Translations under genes and position numbers: made by a program
Source of the DNA: Rhodanobacter sp.
Lineage (GTDB): Bacteria; Pseudomonadota; Gammaproteobacteria; Xanthomonadales; Rhodanobacteraceae
Assembly: GCA_035655635.1 (NCBI GenBank)
Contig: DASRUB010000091.1
Coordinates: 1-56,934, forward strand
Length of the DNA: 56,934 bases
Direction: 5' to 3'
Shown: positions 29,469 through 38,896 of the stretch, in pieces
Position numbering within the stretch: position 1 is the stretch's first letter
How the letters are laid out: each line of letters begins with the position of its first letter
The notes under the pieces: model-generated
What the model saw: the letters and a program-made list of their open reading frames with translations, nothing else
Told to the model about the DNA's origin: nothing
Database searches by the model: none

Positions 29469-29886
29469 AGCAGGCTGCAGCATTGTGCGTGCACTGGCCG
29501 AGGTTGCGACGTCCCGGCTCGCCTCGGCGGTGCGCACACAGGTACGCGCACGGCCCGGTTCACCGATCCGACCTGCGTCCGGTGGAGGAGGGCATCATTC
29601 CCTTGCGCGCGCGTTCGGCAATTCGGCCTTGATCCGAAACTTCCCGGACACACTTTTCTTGGCTGCGCGAAGAGCGCAACGCTCCCAACCGTCTGTGCAT
29701 CTCGCACGTCCAGGGCTCTGCTGCGCGACCGGAATCGTGACCGCGAAGATGATCGGATCACCTTCGACAACCAGGCAGAATGCGTGCGCAAGCGGGAGCG
29801 GGAAGAACCCGCGAGCATGACGCGCATCCGGACTCGACCTGCGCGCTCCTCGTCGCAAGGCAGCGTCCCGGCTGCGGGTCCTGCCG

Positions 29887-30399
29887 TTATCGTTGCGATG
29901 GCGCGATGGCAGCCACCGCTTCGATTTCCACCATGTATTCAGGCGCGGCCAGCTTGCTGACCTCGACCAGGGTGCTGGCTGGTGGTGCATCGGCATTGAT
30001 GTACTGCGCACGAACCGAACGAACCTCATCGGCTCTGGACATGTCGGTGACATAGAAATTCAGCTTGACGACGTCTTTGAACGTTCCACCGGCTGCAGCC
30101 AAGGCCAGCCGGATATTTTCAAATACCTGTTTGGCCTGCGCGTGCATGTCTCCAGGCCCCACCACCTTGCCTTTCGCATCGTTGCCAACCAATCCGGAGA
30201 TATAGATCAGCCGGCTCCCTGGCGGAATCTCCACCAGCTTGGACGCGATCCGCGGCGCGCTGGACAGCGTCGGCGGATTGATGAAGCGAATCGAATCGTT
30301 CGCCGACTGGTTCCGCGCATGGGCAGGCGCCGCGGCCACCGCAACGAGACCGATCATGGCGGCAAAAGCGAATGCATGCAGGAAATGGTGTGTCGTCAT
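29887..30399 (-). CDS. Rid (YjgF/RidA superfamily) protein with signal peptide
   Basis: IYISG, QAKQVFENI..L.AAG...DVVKLNFYV, PASTLVEV, VEIEAVA; N-terminal hydrophobic stretch ending AHA-R. Confidence 0.88.
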   Translation of the reverse strand: MTTHHFLHAFAFAAMIGLVAVAAAPAHARNQSANDSIRFINPPTLSSAPRIASKLVEIPPGSRLIYISGLVGNDAKGKVVGPGDMHAQAKQVFENIRLALAAAGGTFKDVVKLNFYVTDMSRADEVRSVRAQYINADAPPASTLVEVSKLAAPEYMVEIEAVAAIAPSQR

Positions 30400-30632
30400 C
30401 GTAAGTCACTCATGGCGGCGGGTTGTCTTCAGACCGTAGCACGACATGCGAGCACAAAGAACAAATCCCTGGTTCAGCCGGTCTCGCATGCGAGCGCTGA
30501 GAAGTGCACTTCATGCACCCGCCAGGTCGTGGTTGCCAAGGCGGATGAAATCGGCGCGGTGCTGCGCAAGCAAATGCAGGCACAGGGTGGACTATTCGCC
30601 CGGCCGGTGCCGATGCCCGAGGGCGGATGGCT

Positions 30633-32363
30633 TCAGTCCTTGACCAGCCCGTCCGTCAATTCGGTTTCGATCAGCTGCACGGGCATGATGCCCGCTGCCC
30701 AGATCTTGTTCATCACGTTCTTCATCACGAACGGACGTCCAGCCTGCTCGTCTTCAAAGGCAACCTGGGCAATGAGATGATCAAGCTGGAGTTTGCCAAT
30801 GACGTAACTGGGCCCATAACCGGGCTGGCGAGCGTAAAGCAACTGCTCGAATCCAACCAGCTTGCTGGTGGCATCCGACCAGTGCCGCGGCGTCCATTGG
30901 CCCTGGAACCTGCCAGCTTTCGCCAGATCCCATTCGTTTGACTGCACATGCAACGAAGCGAGACCGCGGGCCGCGCGATTCGCCAGAGCAATCCAGACGA
31001 GTTCCCTGCCATGCGGAATATTGTCGTACAACCCCGCTTGCATCACGATTTCCTCAAACGCCGTGGCAAAACCTTCGGAGCGGACGTCGAACATGTTGAA
31101 CAGGGGAGGCGCGCGCCGGATCGGGCTGGCATTAGGCTCATGCTTGAGGCGGGCAAGGTCGAGCCAGTGTGTCGAGTGCGAGTCCAGTGGCAACGGATCG
31201 AGCGCTGTCATGTGGGTGAAGAAGTTGCGCTGGGCCGGTGGTGTGTATGTCCCGGCCTGTGCCAGGAGGGCCGGGCGCAGATACGGTTCGTCGCCGGCAA
31301 ACCCGGTCTTTTGCAGGAAATCCATCAGATAGGCCGCCTTGGCTTGCGCCATCTGGTCATACGCGGCCGGGTCGGTGATTTCCTTGATCGGCGGCAGGTC
31401 GCGGTTGCGCAACTCTTCCAGCTTCAGTGACGCAAGAGAGCGGTCCAGTTCACGCTGCAGCAGGATCTTCTGCGCATTCCAGTCATACGGAATGAGCTGG
31501 ACATTGGCGGCGTACCAGTTGTAATTCTCCTTGCCAACGCCGACCGGGCCGGTTTTCTTTGGTGCCTCAGCGGCCACCCATGCGGCAAATTCGTCGCTCG
31601 CCGTCCTGGCATTGCGAATGGCGGTCAGCAACCGTGGACTGGCGCCCTTGATGTTCGCTGGAACCGCACCGTCCAGCGTGCGCATGACCAGCGTGCCGGC
31701 CGCCAGTGCAGACAATGCCTCGCTCTGTTCCTTGAAAGCGCGATCACCATACAGCCACAATCCCCTGGCGTTGCTGTCCTTGAGGTTGATCCTGGCCGCC
31801 TTCAGGTTCGCCGGAACCGCAGCCAGCATGGCCGTGAGCTTCTTTTCATCCGAGGCGTTGAGCGGATATTTGAAGTCGTAAAGGTTGATATTGGGATAGG
31901 CCAGCGGACCCTCCTGGACCGGCACGTCACTGCGGTCGGCCAGCACGGTCGCGTAGAAGCCCGGGTCACGCGCCCACGGCATCAAGACGCGGAAATCGAA
32001 GTCGAGGCCGTTCATCTCCGCCTGGACCAGCTTGTAATCGATCAGTGCGCCCTTGGGCCAGCGCGAAGTGTGGATCGCCTGCAGGCGTGCGCGGTATTGT
32101 GGAAATTCTGCCTTCTTCGCCGCAATCGCCGCGACGGAGTAGTCGGGTTTGAAGTCGACGGTCAGCGGAAGCACGAATTTCCGCCAATCCGCGAACAGCT
32201 TCGTGAGCTCGGCATAGTTGGCGGGGTAGCTGGCGGGATCCGATACCGATGCCGATGCCGATGCCGATAGCGGGCGGGGTGGTGTCGATGGCGACGAAAT
32301 GGCTGCAGCCGGAATGATGCAAGCGGCAAGAGCCAGGGCAACGCTGCAAGCAAGATGTTTCAT
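30633..32363 (-). CDS. Divergent DUF885-like secreted protein
   Basis: Signal peptide; PWARDPGFY, SEGFATAFEE, RAARG, QPGYGPSYVIGK resemble DUF885 C-terminal motifs. Confidence 0.65.
   Translation of the reverse strand: MKHLACSVALALAACIIPAAAISSPSTPPRPLSASASASVSDPASYPANYAELTKLFADWRKFVLPLTVDFKPDYSVAAIAAKKAEFPQYRARLQAIHTSRWPKGALIDYKLVQAEMNGLDFDFRVLMPWARDPGFYATVLADRSDVPVQEGPLAYPNINLYDFKYPLNASDEKKLTAMLAAVPANLKAARINLKDSNARGLWLYGDRAFKEQSEALSALAAGTLVMRTLDGAVPANIKGASPRLLTAIRNARTASDEFAAWVAAEAPKKTGPVGVGKENYNWYAANVQLIPYDWNAQKILLQRELDRSLASLKLEELRNRDLPPIKEITDPAAYDQMAQAKAAYLMDFLQKTGFAGDEPYLRPALLAQAGTYTPPAQRNFFTHMTALDPLPLDSHSTHWLDLARLKHEPNASPIRRAPPLFNMFDVRSEGFATAFEEIVMQAGLYDNIPHGRELVWIALANRAARGLASLHVQSNEWDLAKAGRFQGQWTPRHWSDATSKLVGFEQLLYARQPGYGPSYVIGKLQLDHLIAQVAFEDEQAGRPFVMKNVMNKIWAAGIMPVQLIETELTDGLVKD
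32240..32268. repeat. Hexanucleotide tandem repeat (CCGATR)x~5 encoding a Ser-Ala linker
   Basis: ccgata ccgatg ccgatg ccgatg ccgat; encodes SASASASVS just after the signal peptide. Confidence 0.8.
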
Positions 32364-32732
32364 GAGTCTCTCCGTCGGAAGAAGGGCAACTGCGCCTGTG
32401 CGTCAGCGACGTGGAAACAGGCGTCCTCAGCGTATTGATCTGTATTCAATTGACCCTAGTGTCGGCGCAGCCGGGCCCGTCAGTCCCTCCCTGAAAAAGC
32501 TGCACCGCAGATATGGAACTTAGCACGGCTTCAGCAAGTCCGAGATCGGGGGATGTGTTGCGCTTCCACTCGCCCGGGTGACGCAGAGGCGGGGGCTCTT
32601 GGTGGCGTCTGCCTCTCGAATTTGATGCATATCCTGCTTGTTTGCTTGCGTGTGCCGCACCTGGCTTTCGACGCAATCGGAGCCACACCAACCGCCCACG
32701 TCCCCATGTTCTTTCTGGCGTTGCCTGGCGTT

Positions 32733-33033
32733 CAACGGCTGCACCTGCCCCGAGGGTCGGGTCACAATTCCGGTGTGAGAGTCAAGAACGGAGCCAATTT
32801 GGCCGACCAAGTGGCTGGGGCGTTCCGTGATGCCATTGCTGCGAAGATTGCGACGCCACCCGAACACCTCCTCCAACGCCTTGCCTGCGACCAAGGCGCG
32901 GAGCTGGCGTAACACCCGAAGCCGGAAATTGATACGTGCCTGTCGATCTGCGTTTGCTACCCGCGAAGCCCTTGCTGCGTGGAAAAAACAAGCACGCCAA
33001 CGGGCTTCGCCAGTACCTGCCGGAAAGCACCGG
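32733..33033 (+). mobile_element. IS30-family transposase remnant (pseudogene)
   Basis: Translation LHLPR..VKNG..AFRDAIAAKIATPPEHLLQRLACDQGAELA*H..IDTCLSICVCYPRSP..NGLRQYLP follows the IS30 core (SLTWDQGAEMA..FCDPHSPWQRG..NGLLRQYFP), with a stop and frameshifts. Confidence 0.8.
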
Positions 33034-33045
33034 CTACAGCCGGTA

Positions 33046-33147
33046 ATGAAATACGTCAGCCCAATACAGTTCGAGCCACACTGACTGGCGCACCGGCTCA
33101 CACGATGCCCCGGTCATGGGATACAGAATTAGAAAGCAGGGCAGTCA
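33046..33147 (+). mobile_element. IS3-family right-end remnant
   Basis: KYVSPIQFE matches the OrfB C-terminus (GYxSPxxFE), followed by ATGGGATACAGAATT..GCAGGGCAGTCA resembling an IS3 right inverted repeat. Confidence 0.55.
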
Positions 33148-33178
33148 CCATGGCGCGCTAACGGCAACATATCCGCGA

Positions 33179-34480
33179 CTACGAGAACGGATGTTCGAGC
33201 GAAGGACTCTGCGGCGTGAACAGGCTCGCGCCGTTTTCAGTGATGTACATGTCGTCTTCCAGGCGCACGCCGAACTCGCCGGGAATGTAAATGCCCGGCT
33301 CGTCGCTGAAGGTCATGTTCCTTTCCAACTTGCGCTTGTTGCCGCGCACCAGGTAATACCACTCGTGGCCATTCATGCCGATGCCATGGCCGAGGCGATG
33401 GCCAAAATACTTGTAGTCCGGGCCATAACCATTGTCGACGATGACCTTGCGTGCAGCCGCGTCTATCGATTCCATGGCTGCCCCGGGATGCGCAGCCTTC
33501 AGGGCTGCCGATTGCGCCTTGAGCACGATGTCGAAGACCTTTTTCATCTTGTCACTGGGCTTGCCCAGGACGAAGGTGCGGCTGATGTCGCTGTGGTAGC
33601 CCTCCACCATGGCGTCGCCGTCGATCAACAGCGGCGTGCCTTCGGCGAGACGCTGAGGCACGATCGAACCATGCGGCAACGCCGTGTATTTGCCAACGTT
33701 GATGCTTGCGCCACCGGGCACGCCCAGACGTTCATAGGCTGCGGCCAGCCAATCGCGCACGGTGTCTTGCGTGATGCCCGGCTGCAGACCCAGATAGATG
33801 GCGTGATATGCCGCCAGCGTCGCATCGTTGGCAACCTGCATCAGTGCCAGTTCGGCGGGGCTCTTGACTGAGCGGCAGCCGCCGGTGACCGGTATCGCTG
33901 GGACCAGTTTCGCATGCGGCAATGCCTCGGCAATGCGCGACGCGCGGAAATATGGCACTTGCTCTTCAATACCAAGAGTCCCGGTCGAAGCATGCAGGTC
34001 GGACATCACCTGCGCCAGCCGTTGGTAGGGATCTTCGTGTTCTTGCCAGATCCGGACATCATGGCCGAATTTGATCTGCTCCAGCGCTCTGCTCTGTTCA
34101 AAGGCAGGGGTGATGTAGATCGGATCTCCCGACTTGGGCAAGACAAATCCCATCAGGCGTTCGCTGGTGAACCAGTGCATGCCGGTGAAATATTCCATCG
34201 AACTGCCACCGTCCATGTACACGGCGTTGATCTTGTTGTCCGCCATGAGCCGCTGCGCCCTGGCCAGGCGCGCCTTGCGTTCGGCGTCGGTGATCGGCAC
34301 GATCTTCGAAGTCACCGACTTCAGCGCCAAAATGGACGGCGGCAGCTTGACGGCTCCGGCGGCAGGCTCGGCTGCCAAAACCTTGCCGCCGAGCATGACC
34401 GCCGGCAGCACCGCCATGCCCAGTGCAGATGTCTTCAGAAAATTACGGCGATTTGAGTGCATCGAGTCGTTCATTTCCAC
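33179..34480 (-). CDS. M24 Xaa-Pro dipeptidase-like peptidase with Tat signal
   Basis: SNRRNFLK twin-arginine motif; IDG..YHSDISRT, HRLGHGIGMNGHE, SDEPGIY, GVRLEDD. Confidence 0.92.
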   Translation of the reverse strand: MEMNDSMHSNRRNFLKTSALGMAVLPAVMLGGKVLAAEPAAGAVKLPPSILALKSVTSKIVPITDAERKARLARAQRLMADNKINAVYMDGGSSMEYFTGMHWFTSERLMGFVLPKSGDPIYITPAFEQSRALEQIKFGHDVRIWQEHEDPYQRLAQVMSDLHASTGTLGIEEQVPYFRASRIAEALPHAKLVPAIPVTGGCRSVKSPAELALMQVANDATLAAYHAIYLGLQPGITQDTVRDWLAAAYERLGVPGGASINVGKYTALPHGSIVPQRLAEGTPLLIDGDAMVEGYHSDISRTFVLGKPSDKMKKVFDIVLKAQSAALKAAHPGAAMESIDAAARKVIVDNGYGPDYKYFGHRLGHGIGMNGHEWYYLVRGNKRKLERNMTFSDEPGIYIPGEFGVRLEDDMYITENGASLFTPQSPSLEHPFS

Positions 34481-34563
34481 GGGTGTTTCCTCATGTTAGG
34501 GGGCGTGCCGCCGCTGCGATAAAGCACTGGATCCGGAGAAGAACTTCAGTCAAGGCATCCTGT

Positions 34564-35023
34564 ATAGATCTGCGAAAGCCCGTTTCAGCAGTTGCACGGA
34601 AATGCAATGCCGAAGCGGGCTTGGTCAACCATATCTCACTTTTCGCGTCAGGTTCCACGCGCTCGCGCGGGCGGTGGAAACTCTTGCTGCAAGACCGCTC
34701 TCACGCCTCGGGGACGACGCATACCTCGCCTGACCCATCGAGGCATTTGGGACTGCAATCCCGGGATGGTCCTGCACAGCTGCATCTCCGAAGGAATCGC
34801 GTTCAGTCTCTTCGACGAGGCAAGCTTGCGGGCATGTGCGTTGCCGACAGCGCGTCTGCCTTGCAGACGCCCTTTGGGAAGACTGCGCGTGGAAGAGCTT
34901 GCCTCGGCGACGCGTTCCCGCGGCCATCGCCATCGACAAGTCACCATGGTCCGGATCGACCGCGACGACCTGCTGTGCGGAGCCGTTGTCGAGACCCTGA
35001 CGAAGAGGCGCGGTTTTCGCTGA
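34564..35023 (+). pseudogene. Probable LysR-type regulator remnant
   Basis: Fragments IDLRK..SAVAR, LGQPYLT and later CISEGIAFSL..GRLRVEEL..RQVTMV in different frames; divergent from the Tat peptidase. Heavily decayed. Confidence 0.4.
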
Positions 35024-35094
35024 GCATCGGCTTTCGATGATGCCCCTCGGCTGATGGATGCCACGGCGTCGGGGCTGCTGCAAGAGAACTCGGT

Positions 35095-36564
35095 ATGATG
35101 AACGGCGCACCCATCCCGGATTCGAGCATGCAGGCCACCACCTCCTCATTCCGCGACGCCCGGCTTGCCGAGGCGAGGAAGCTGTTCCAGGGCAATGAGC
35201 CGGCGCAGGCTGAGGCGGTGCTTTGCACACTGCACGCGTTGGAACCGGACCGGGAAGACGTGGGCATTCTTCTTGCCGAGGTGCAGCGCAGCCAGGGACG
35301 CTTCAGCGCGGCGGCCGGAACGTTGTTCACTCTGTGTCGGGCGAGCGGCTTCGAGCAGGGCATGAGTTTGCGCTGCGTGGAATTTCTCCGACAATGCGAT
35401 CGGCACGCCGCCGCAGAGCATATTTGCGAAGGAGCGCTGGTGCGCGGCGCGGTTTCGCCCGACTTGCTGATGCTGGCGGGTAACGTCGCGCGGGAAGTGG
35501 GCGATTTCGAAACTGCACGCACTCGGTACCTGATGGCGCTGGACTCCGGCATCGATTTGGGCCGGCACCATGTGCTGGGTGCGTTGGCCAATACCCGGCG
35601 CTATGGCGATGTTGCGGATACCGAGATCGCATGGTTCGCGCGGCACTTCGCGGATGCGCGTTTCAACCCGCGTTCACGCGCATCCGCAGGCTTCGCCCTG
35701 GCCAAGGCGCAAAATGATCTTGCCGATTACGCGGCCGCGGCAGCGACGCTGCGCTCGGCCAACGCGATGGTCCGTGCGACCGGGCAATGGGATGGCGCAG
35801 CTTGGCAGCGGTTCGTCGCCGCGCGAACACGCGACGAGGTGGCGGTTGCAAACACGGCGTACAACGGCGACTTCGTGCCCGTCTTCATCGTCGGGTTGCC
35901 GCGTAGCGGCACCACGCTGACCGCGACGTTGCTGGCACGCGCGACCGGTGCCCGCGATCGGGGCGAGATGCGCACGTTGCGTTTCATCGCGGATCAGCTG
36001 ATCGCCGGCGGGCATCTGGCCAGCAGTGCCGCCGTGGCGGAAGCGGCCAACCTGTACCGCACGCTGGCGGTCCAGGATGACGCGCCAGCCACGTGGTTCC
36101 TCGATCAGGACCCGCTGAATTTCCGCTACCTGCATATCGTCGCCGCGATGTTCCCAAATGCCCGGGTGATCCACCTGCGTCGGGGCCGCTCCGATACCGT
36201 CCTGTCACTGTGGAGCCAGGACTTCGCGCATCCCGATCTTGGCTTCGCCTATGACTTCGATGACATGCAGATAAGCATGTCCGGACACGATGCATTGCTG
36301 CGGTGCTGGAAGCAGAAGTTGCAGTTGCCGATCCTCGAACTCGATTACGAAACGCTGGTCGACAATCCTGACGCAACCCTGGCCAGGTTGTGCGACTTTA
36401 TCGGGACGAGGCCTGCGGTTGCGGCGTCTGCAAATGACGCGGCGCCCGTCATGTCCGCCAGCGTCTGGCAGGCGCGTCAGCCCGTCTACAGGACATCGGT
36501 CGGGCGCTGGCGGTCCTACGCGCCGTTTGTTCCCGAACTCGCGCGGTTTGCTCAATCCGCTTGA
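35095..36564 (+). CDS. TPR-repeat-containing sulfotransferase
   Basis: N-terminal Ala/Leu-rich TPR-like helices; 5'-PSB PVFIVGLPRSGTTL; FPNARVIHLRR..DTVLS; SASVWQARQPVY..SVGRWR. Confidence 0.88.
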   Translation: MMNGAPIPDSSMQATTSSFRDARLAEARKLFQGNEPAQAEAVLCTLHALEPDREDVGILLAEVQRSQGRFSAAAGTLFTLCRASGFEQGMSLRCVEFLRQCDRHAAAEHICEGALVRGAVSPDLLMLAGNVAREVGDFETARTRYLMALDSGIDLGRHHVLGALANTRRYGDVADTEIAWFARHFADARFNPRSRASAGFALAKAQNDLADYAAAAATLRSANAMVRATGQWDGAAWQRFVAARTRDEVAVANTAYNGDFVPVFIVGLPRSGTTLTATLLARATGARDRGEMRTLRFIADQLIAGGHLASSAAVAEAANLYRTLAVQDDAPATWFLDQDPLNFRYLHIVAAMFPNARVIHLRRGRSDTVLSLWSQDFAHPDLGFAYDFDDMQISMSGHDALLRCWKQKLQLPILELDYETLVDNPDATLARLCDFIGTRPAVAASANDAAPVMSASVWQARQPVYRTSVGRWRSYAPFVPELARFAQSA

Positions 36565-36600
36565 TCCGCCTGGCAGACTGAGTGCAGACCCGGCACTGGC

Positions 36601-36892
36601 CCGGGCGCATGGCGCGCAGCCGTGACTGGGTACGATTGCGCGGGACAGCGCCAGTTTCGGAGTGGAGCAGATCATGCGGGCCAGGCATCTGCCACTGTAT
36701 GGCGAGACATTCGGTTTGCAGCCAGCCTCTTCCGCCGGTGGGCACTTGGCGCCTTTGCTCAGCGCCTCGCCGACGCCGGCCAAGGCGCAGGGTGCCATGC
36801 CCTGGTTAGGTACGATCTCGCTGGACAGCGGCCCACTGGATGTAGCGCGGACCATGCAGGCACGTGATCTGCCATTGTTTGATCAGGCCTTC
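36601..36892 (+). repeat. Degenerate tandem duplication with 180-bp period (60-aa repeat) in a probable pseudogene
   Basis: 36601-36712 aligns ungapped with 36781-36892: AHGAQP*LGTIARDSASFGVEQIMRARHLPLYGETF vs AQGAMPWLGTISLDSGPLDVARTMQARDLPLFDQAF. Confidence 0.75.
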
Positions 36893-36999
36893 CGAGCCGA
36901 TCGCGCGCATTGGCTGGCGGCATCGCCGTACCAGCAGATGCGGGCCCATATCGTGCCGTTACTTGAGTGTGCTCGGGCAGGCGGCTGAGGCCGTAGTTG

Positions 37000-38883
37000 T
37001 CACTCGGCTGGACTCACTTCGCTGAGGCGTCGGTAGATGGTGCTTCGACTCACCCCCAATTTACGTGCGGCGGCGGCAACGTTGCCGTCGCAGCTTGCAA
37101 CGGCCCCGTCGATCGCCTGCTGCTCGATGTCGTGAAGATTGCGGGCCAAATCTGCTGGTGCCAGTTCCGGCGCCGGGGCAGGTGCACCGGAGCTTCTCAG
37201 GTTGGCAGGCAAATCGGCGTGGGTGAGGGTGGCGCTCTTTTCCCCGAGCGCCATGAGGCTGCGCAGCAGGCCTACCAGCTGACGCATGTTTCCGGGCCAT
37301 GGCATGCCGGACAGCTCCTCGACCAGATCGGCATGCAGCCACATCGGAATCTGCTCGGCACCCAGCGCGTGCCAGAGCTGTCTGATCAAGGTGGCCGGGT
37401 CCTGATGATCTCGCAAGGCAGGAAGGCACAGCGTAGCCTGCGCGATCCGGTAGTAGAGGTCGGCACGGAATTCACCGCGGGCGACCGCATCGGCAAGGTC
37501 GTGGTGAGTGGCGGCGATCACGGTGATATCGATCGCATGCGAGCGGCTCCCGCCCAGCGGCGTGACTTCGCGTTCCTGCAGGACGCGCAGCAACCGACTT
37601 TGCATGCCGAGCGGCATGTCGCCCAACTCATCCAGAAACAGGGTGCCGCCATCCGCTTCGCGCAACAGCCCGGTGGAGCCCTCGCGTCGTGCGCCGGTGA
37701 ATGCGCCTGGCATGTAGCCGAATAATTCCGATTCGATCAGGTGTTCCGGCAATGCGGCGCAGTTGACGGCCACGAAGGGTGCGGCACCACGCTGGCTGCG
37801 CTGATGCAGTGCCCGTGCCACCACTTCCTTGCCGGTACCGGTCTCACCCTGCAGCAGCAGCGGGATGTCGGCATCCAGCAGGCGCACGCTGCGATCGATT
37901 TCAGATTCCAGACTGGCCGAGAAAACCGGCTCCGGCAGTCGGATCAAGCGCGATTTCGGGTTGCGCGAAACGCGTGAGGAAACGCTGTTGTGCCTGAGTG
38001 CATCGCGCGTGGCATGCAGCATCTCGCCGCTCTGACAGCGCATGCTGGTCAGGCTGCCCGGACGCGGCAGTGCCGAGGCGAACAATTCGTCGTAGCGGCG
38101 ACGGCCCAGCTCTTCCCAACCGACCCCGAGCAGGCGCAGCGCGTGGCGGTTGGCGGCGACCAGCCGGTGCGCCTCGAATACGAGCATGCCCTCGCGCGCC
38201 GTGCCCAGCAGGTCGGGATCGGGCTGGATGCGCACGATGTCGGCACCATCGAAATGATGTTCGAACAGGCGATGTTCGATCTGCTCGACCGCCAGTTGCA
38301 CCATGCCCAAGGCGTGCAGGTGGTGCAACGAGGCTTCGCCCGACAGATCGAGTACGCCGACGACTTCGCCCAGCGGATTGAAGATCGGCGAGGCCGAACA
38401 GCTGAGAATCCGATGCGGCGAGTAGTAGTGCTCGCCACCGCGCACTTCGACCGCGCAGCGCTCAATCAATGCCGTGCCGATGGCATTGGTGCCGGTTGCC
38501 GATTCGCTCCATGGCGAGCCGACTCGCAGCGAGACACGAGCCGCCTTGTCGAGAAAATCGGCATTGCCCACGGCATCGAGGATGAAGCCATCGGGGGCGC
38601 TCAGTATCACGATGCTTCCAGCCTGGTTGGCGCTGGCGTACAGGGTCTGCAATTCCGGTCGGCATAATCGGCGCAGCACTTCGTGCTGTTCCTGCAGCTC
38701 GTTCAACGCATGCTGTTCCGCCGGTTCAGCGTCCGGGCGCGCGTCTGCCAGCAGACCGTGCTGTCGGCAGCGTCGCCATGACGCGAGAATGTTTTCGGGA
38801 ACCAGACCGCGCGGTTCGGTACCGCTGTCGAAAAAGCTGCGGCGTGCGCTGCGAATTGAATCGGTCAAGGCAGGTAGGCGCAT
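37000..38883 (-). CDS. Sigma54-dependent enhancer-binding protein, GAF-AAA+-Fis HTH (AcoR-like)
   Basis: SWRRC, WSE...GTNAIGTAL GAF motifs; GETGTGKE, GAFTGA, LFLDELG, WPGNMRQL; C-terminal AARKLGVSRSTIYR. Confidence 0.93.
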   Translation of the reverse strand: MRLPALTDSIRSARRSFFDSGTEPRGLVPENILASWRRCRQHGLLADARPDAEPAEQHALNELQEQHEVLRRLCRPELQTLYASANQAGSIVILSAPDGFILDAVGNADFLDKAARVSLRVGSPWSESATGTNAIGTALIERCAVEVRGGEHYYSPHRILSCSASPIFNPLGEVVGVLDLSGEASLHHLHALGMVQLAVEQIEHRLFEHHFDGADIVRIQPDPDLLGTAREGMLVFEAHRLVAANRHALRLLGVGWEELGRRRYDELFASALPRPGSLTSMRCQSGEMLHATRDALRHNSVSSRVSRNPKSRLIRLPEPVFSASLESEIDRSVRLLDADIPLLLQGETGTGKEVVARALHQRSQRGAAPFVAVNCAALPEHLIESELFGYMPGAFTGARREGSTGLLREADGGTLFLDELGDMPLGMQSRLLRVLQEREVTPLGGSRSHAIDITVIAATHHDLADAVARGEFRADLYYRIAQATLCLPALRDHQDPATLIRQLWHALGAEQIPMWLHADLVEELSGMPWPGNMRQLVGLLRSLMALGEKSATLTHADLPANLRSSGAPAPAPELAPADLARNLHDIEQQAIDGAVASCDGNVAAAARKLGVSRSTIYRRLSEVSPAE

Positions 38884-38896
38884 GGGATGCCTCGGG

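Noticed and set aside
18223-33147. Single composite transposon bounded by the two IS3 ends
   Set aside because: The terminal sequences are not recognisable inverted copies of each other and no target duplication is visible.
36623-36625. Selenocysteine or recoded TGA
   Set aside because: The aligned codon in the second repeat is Trp, not Cys, and TGA is used as a normal stop throughout the window.
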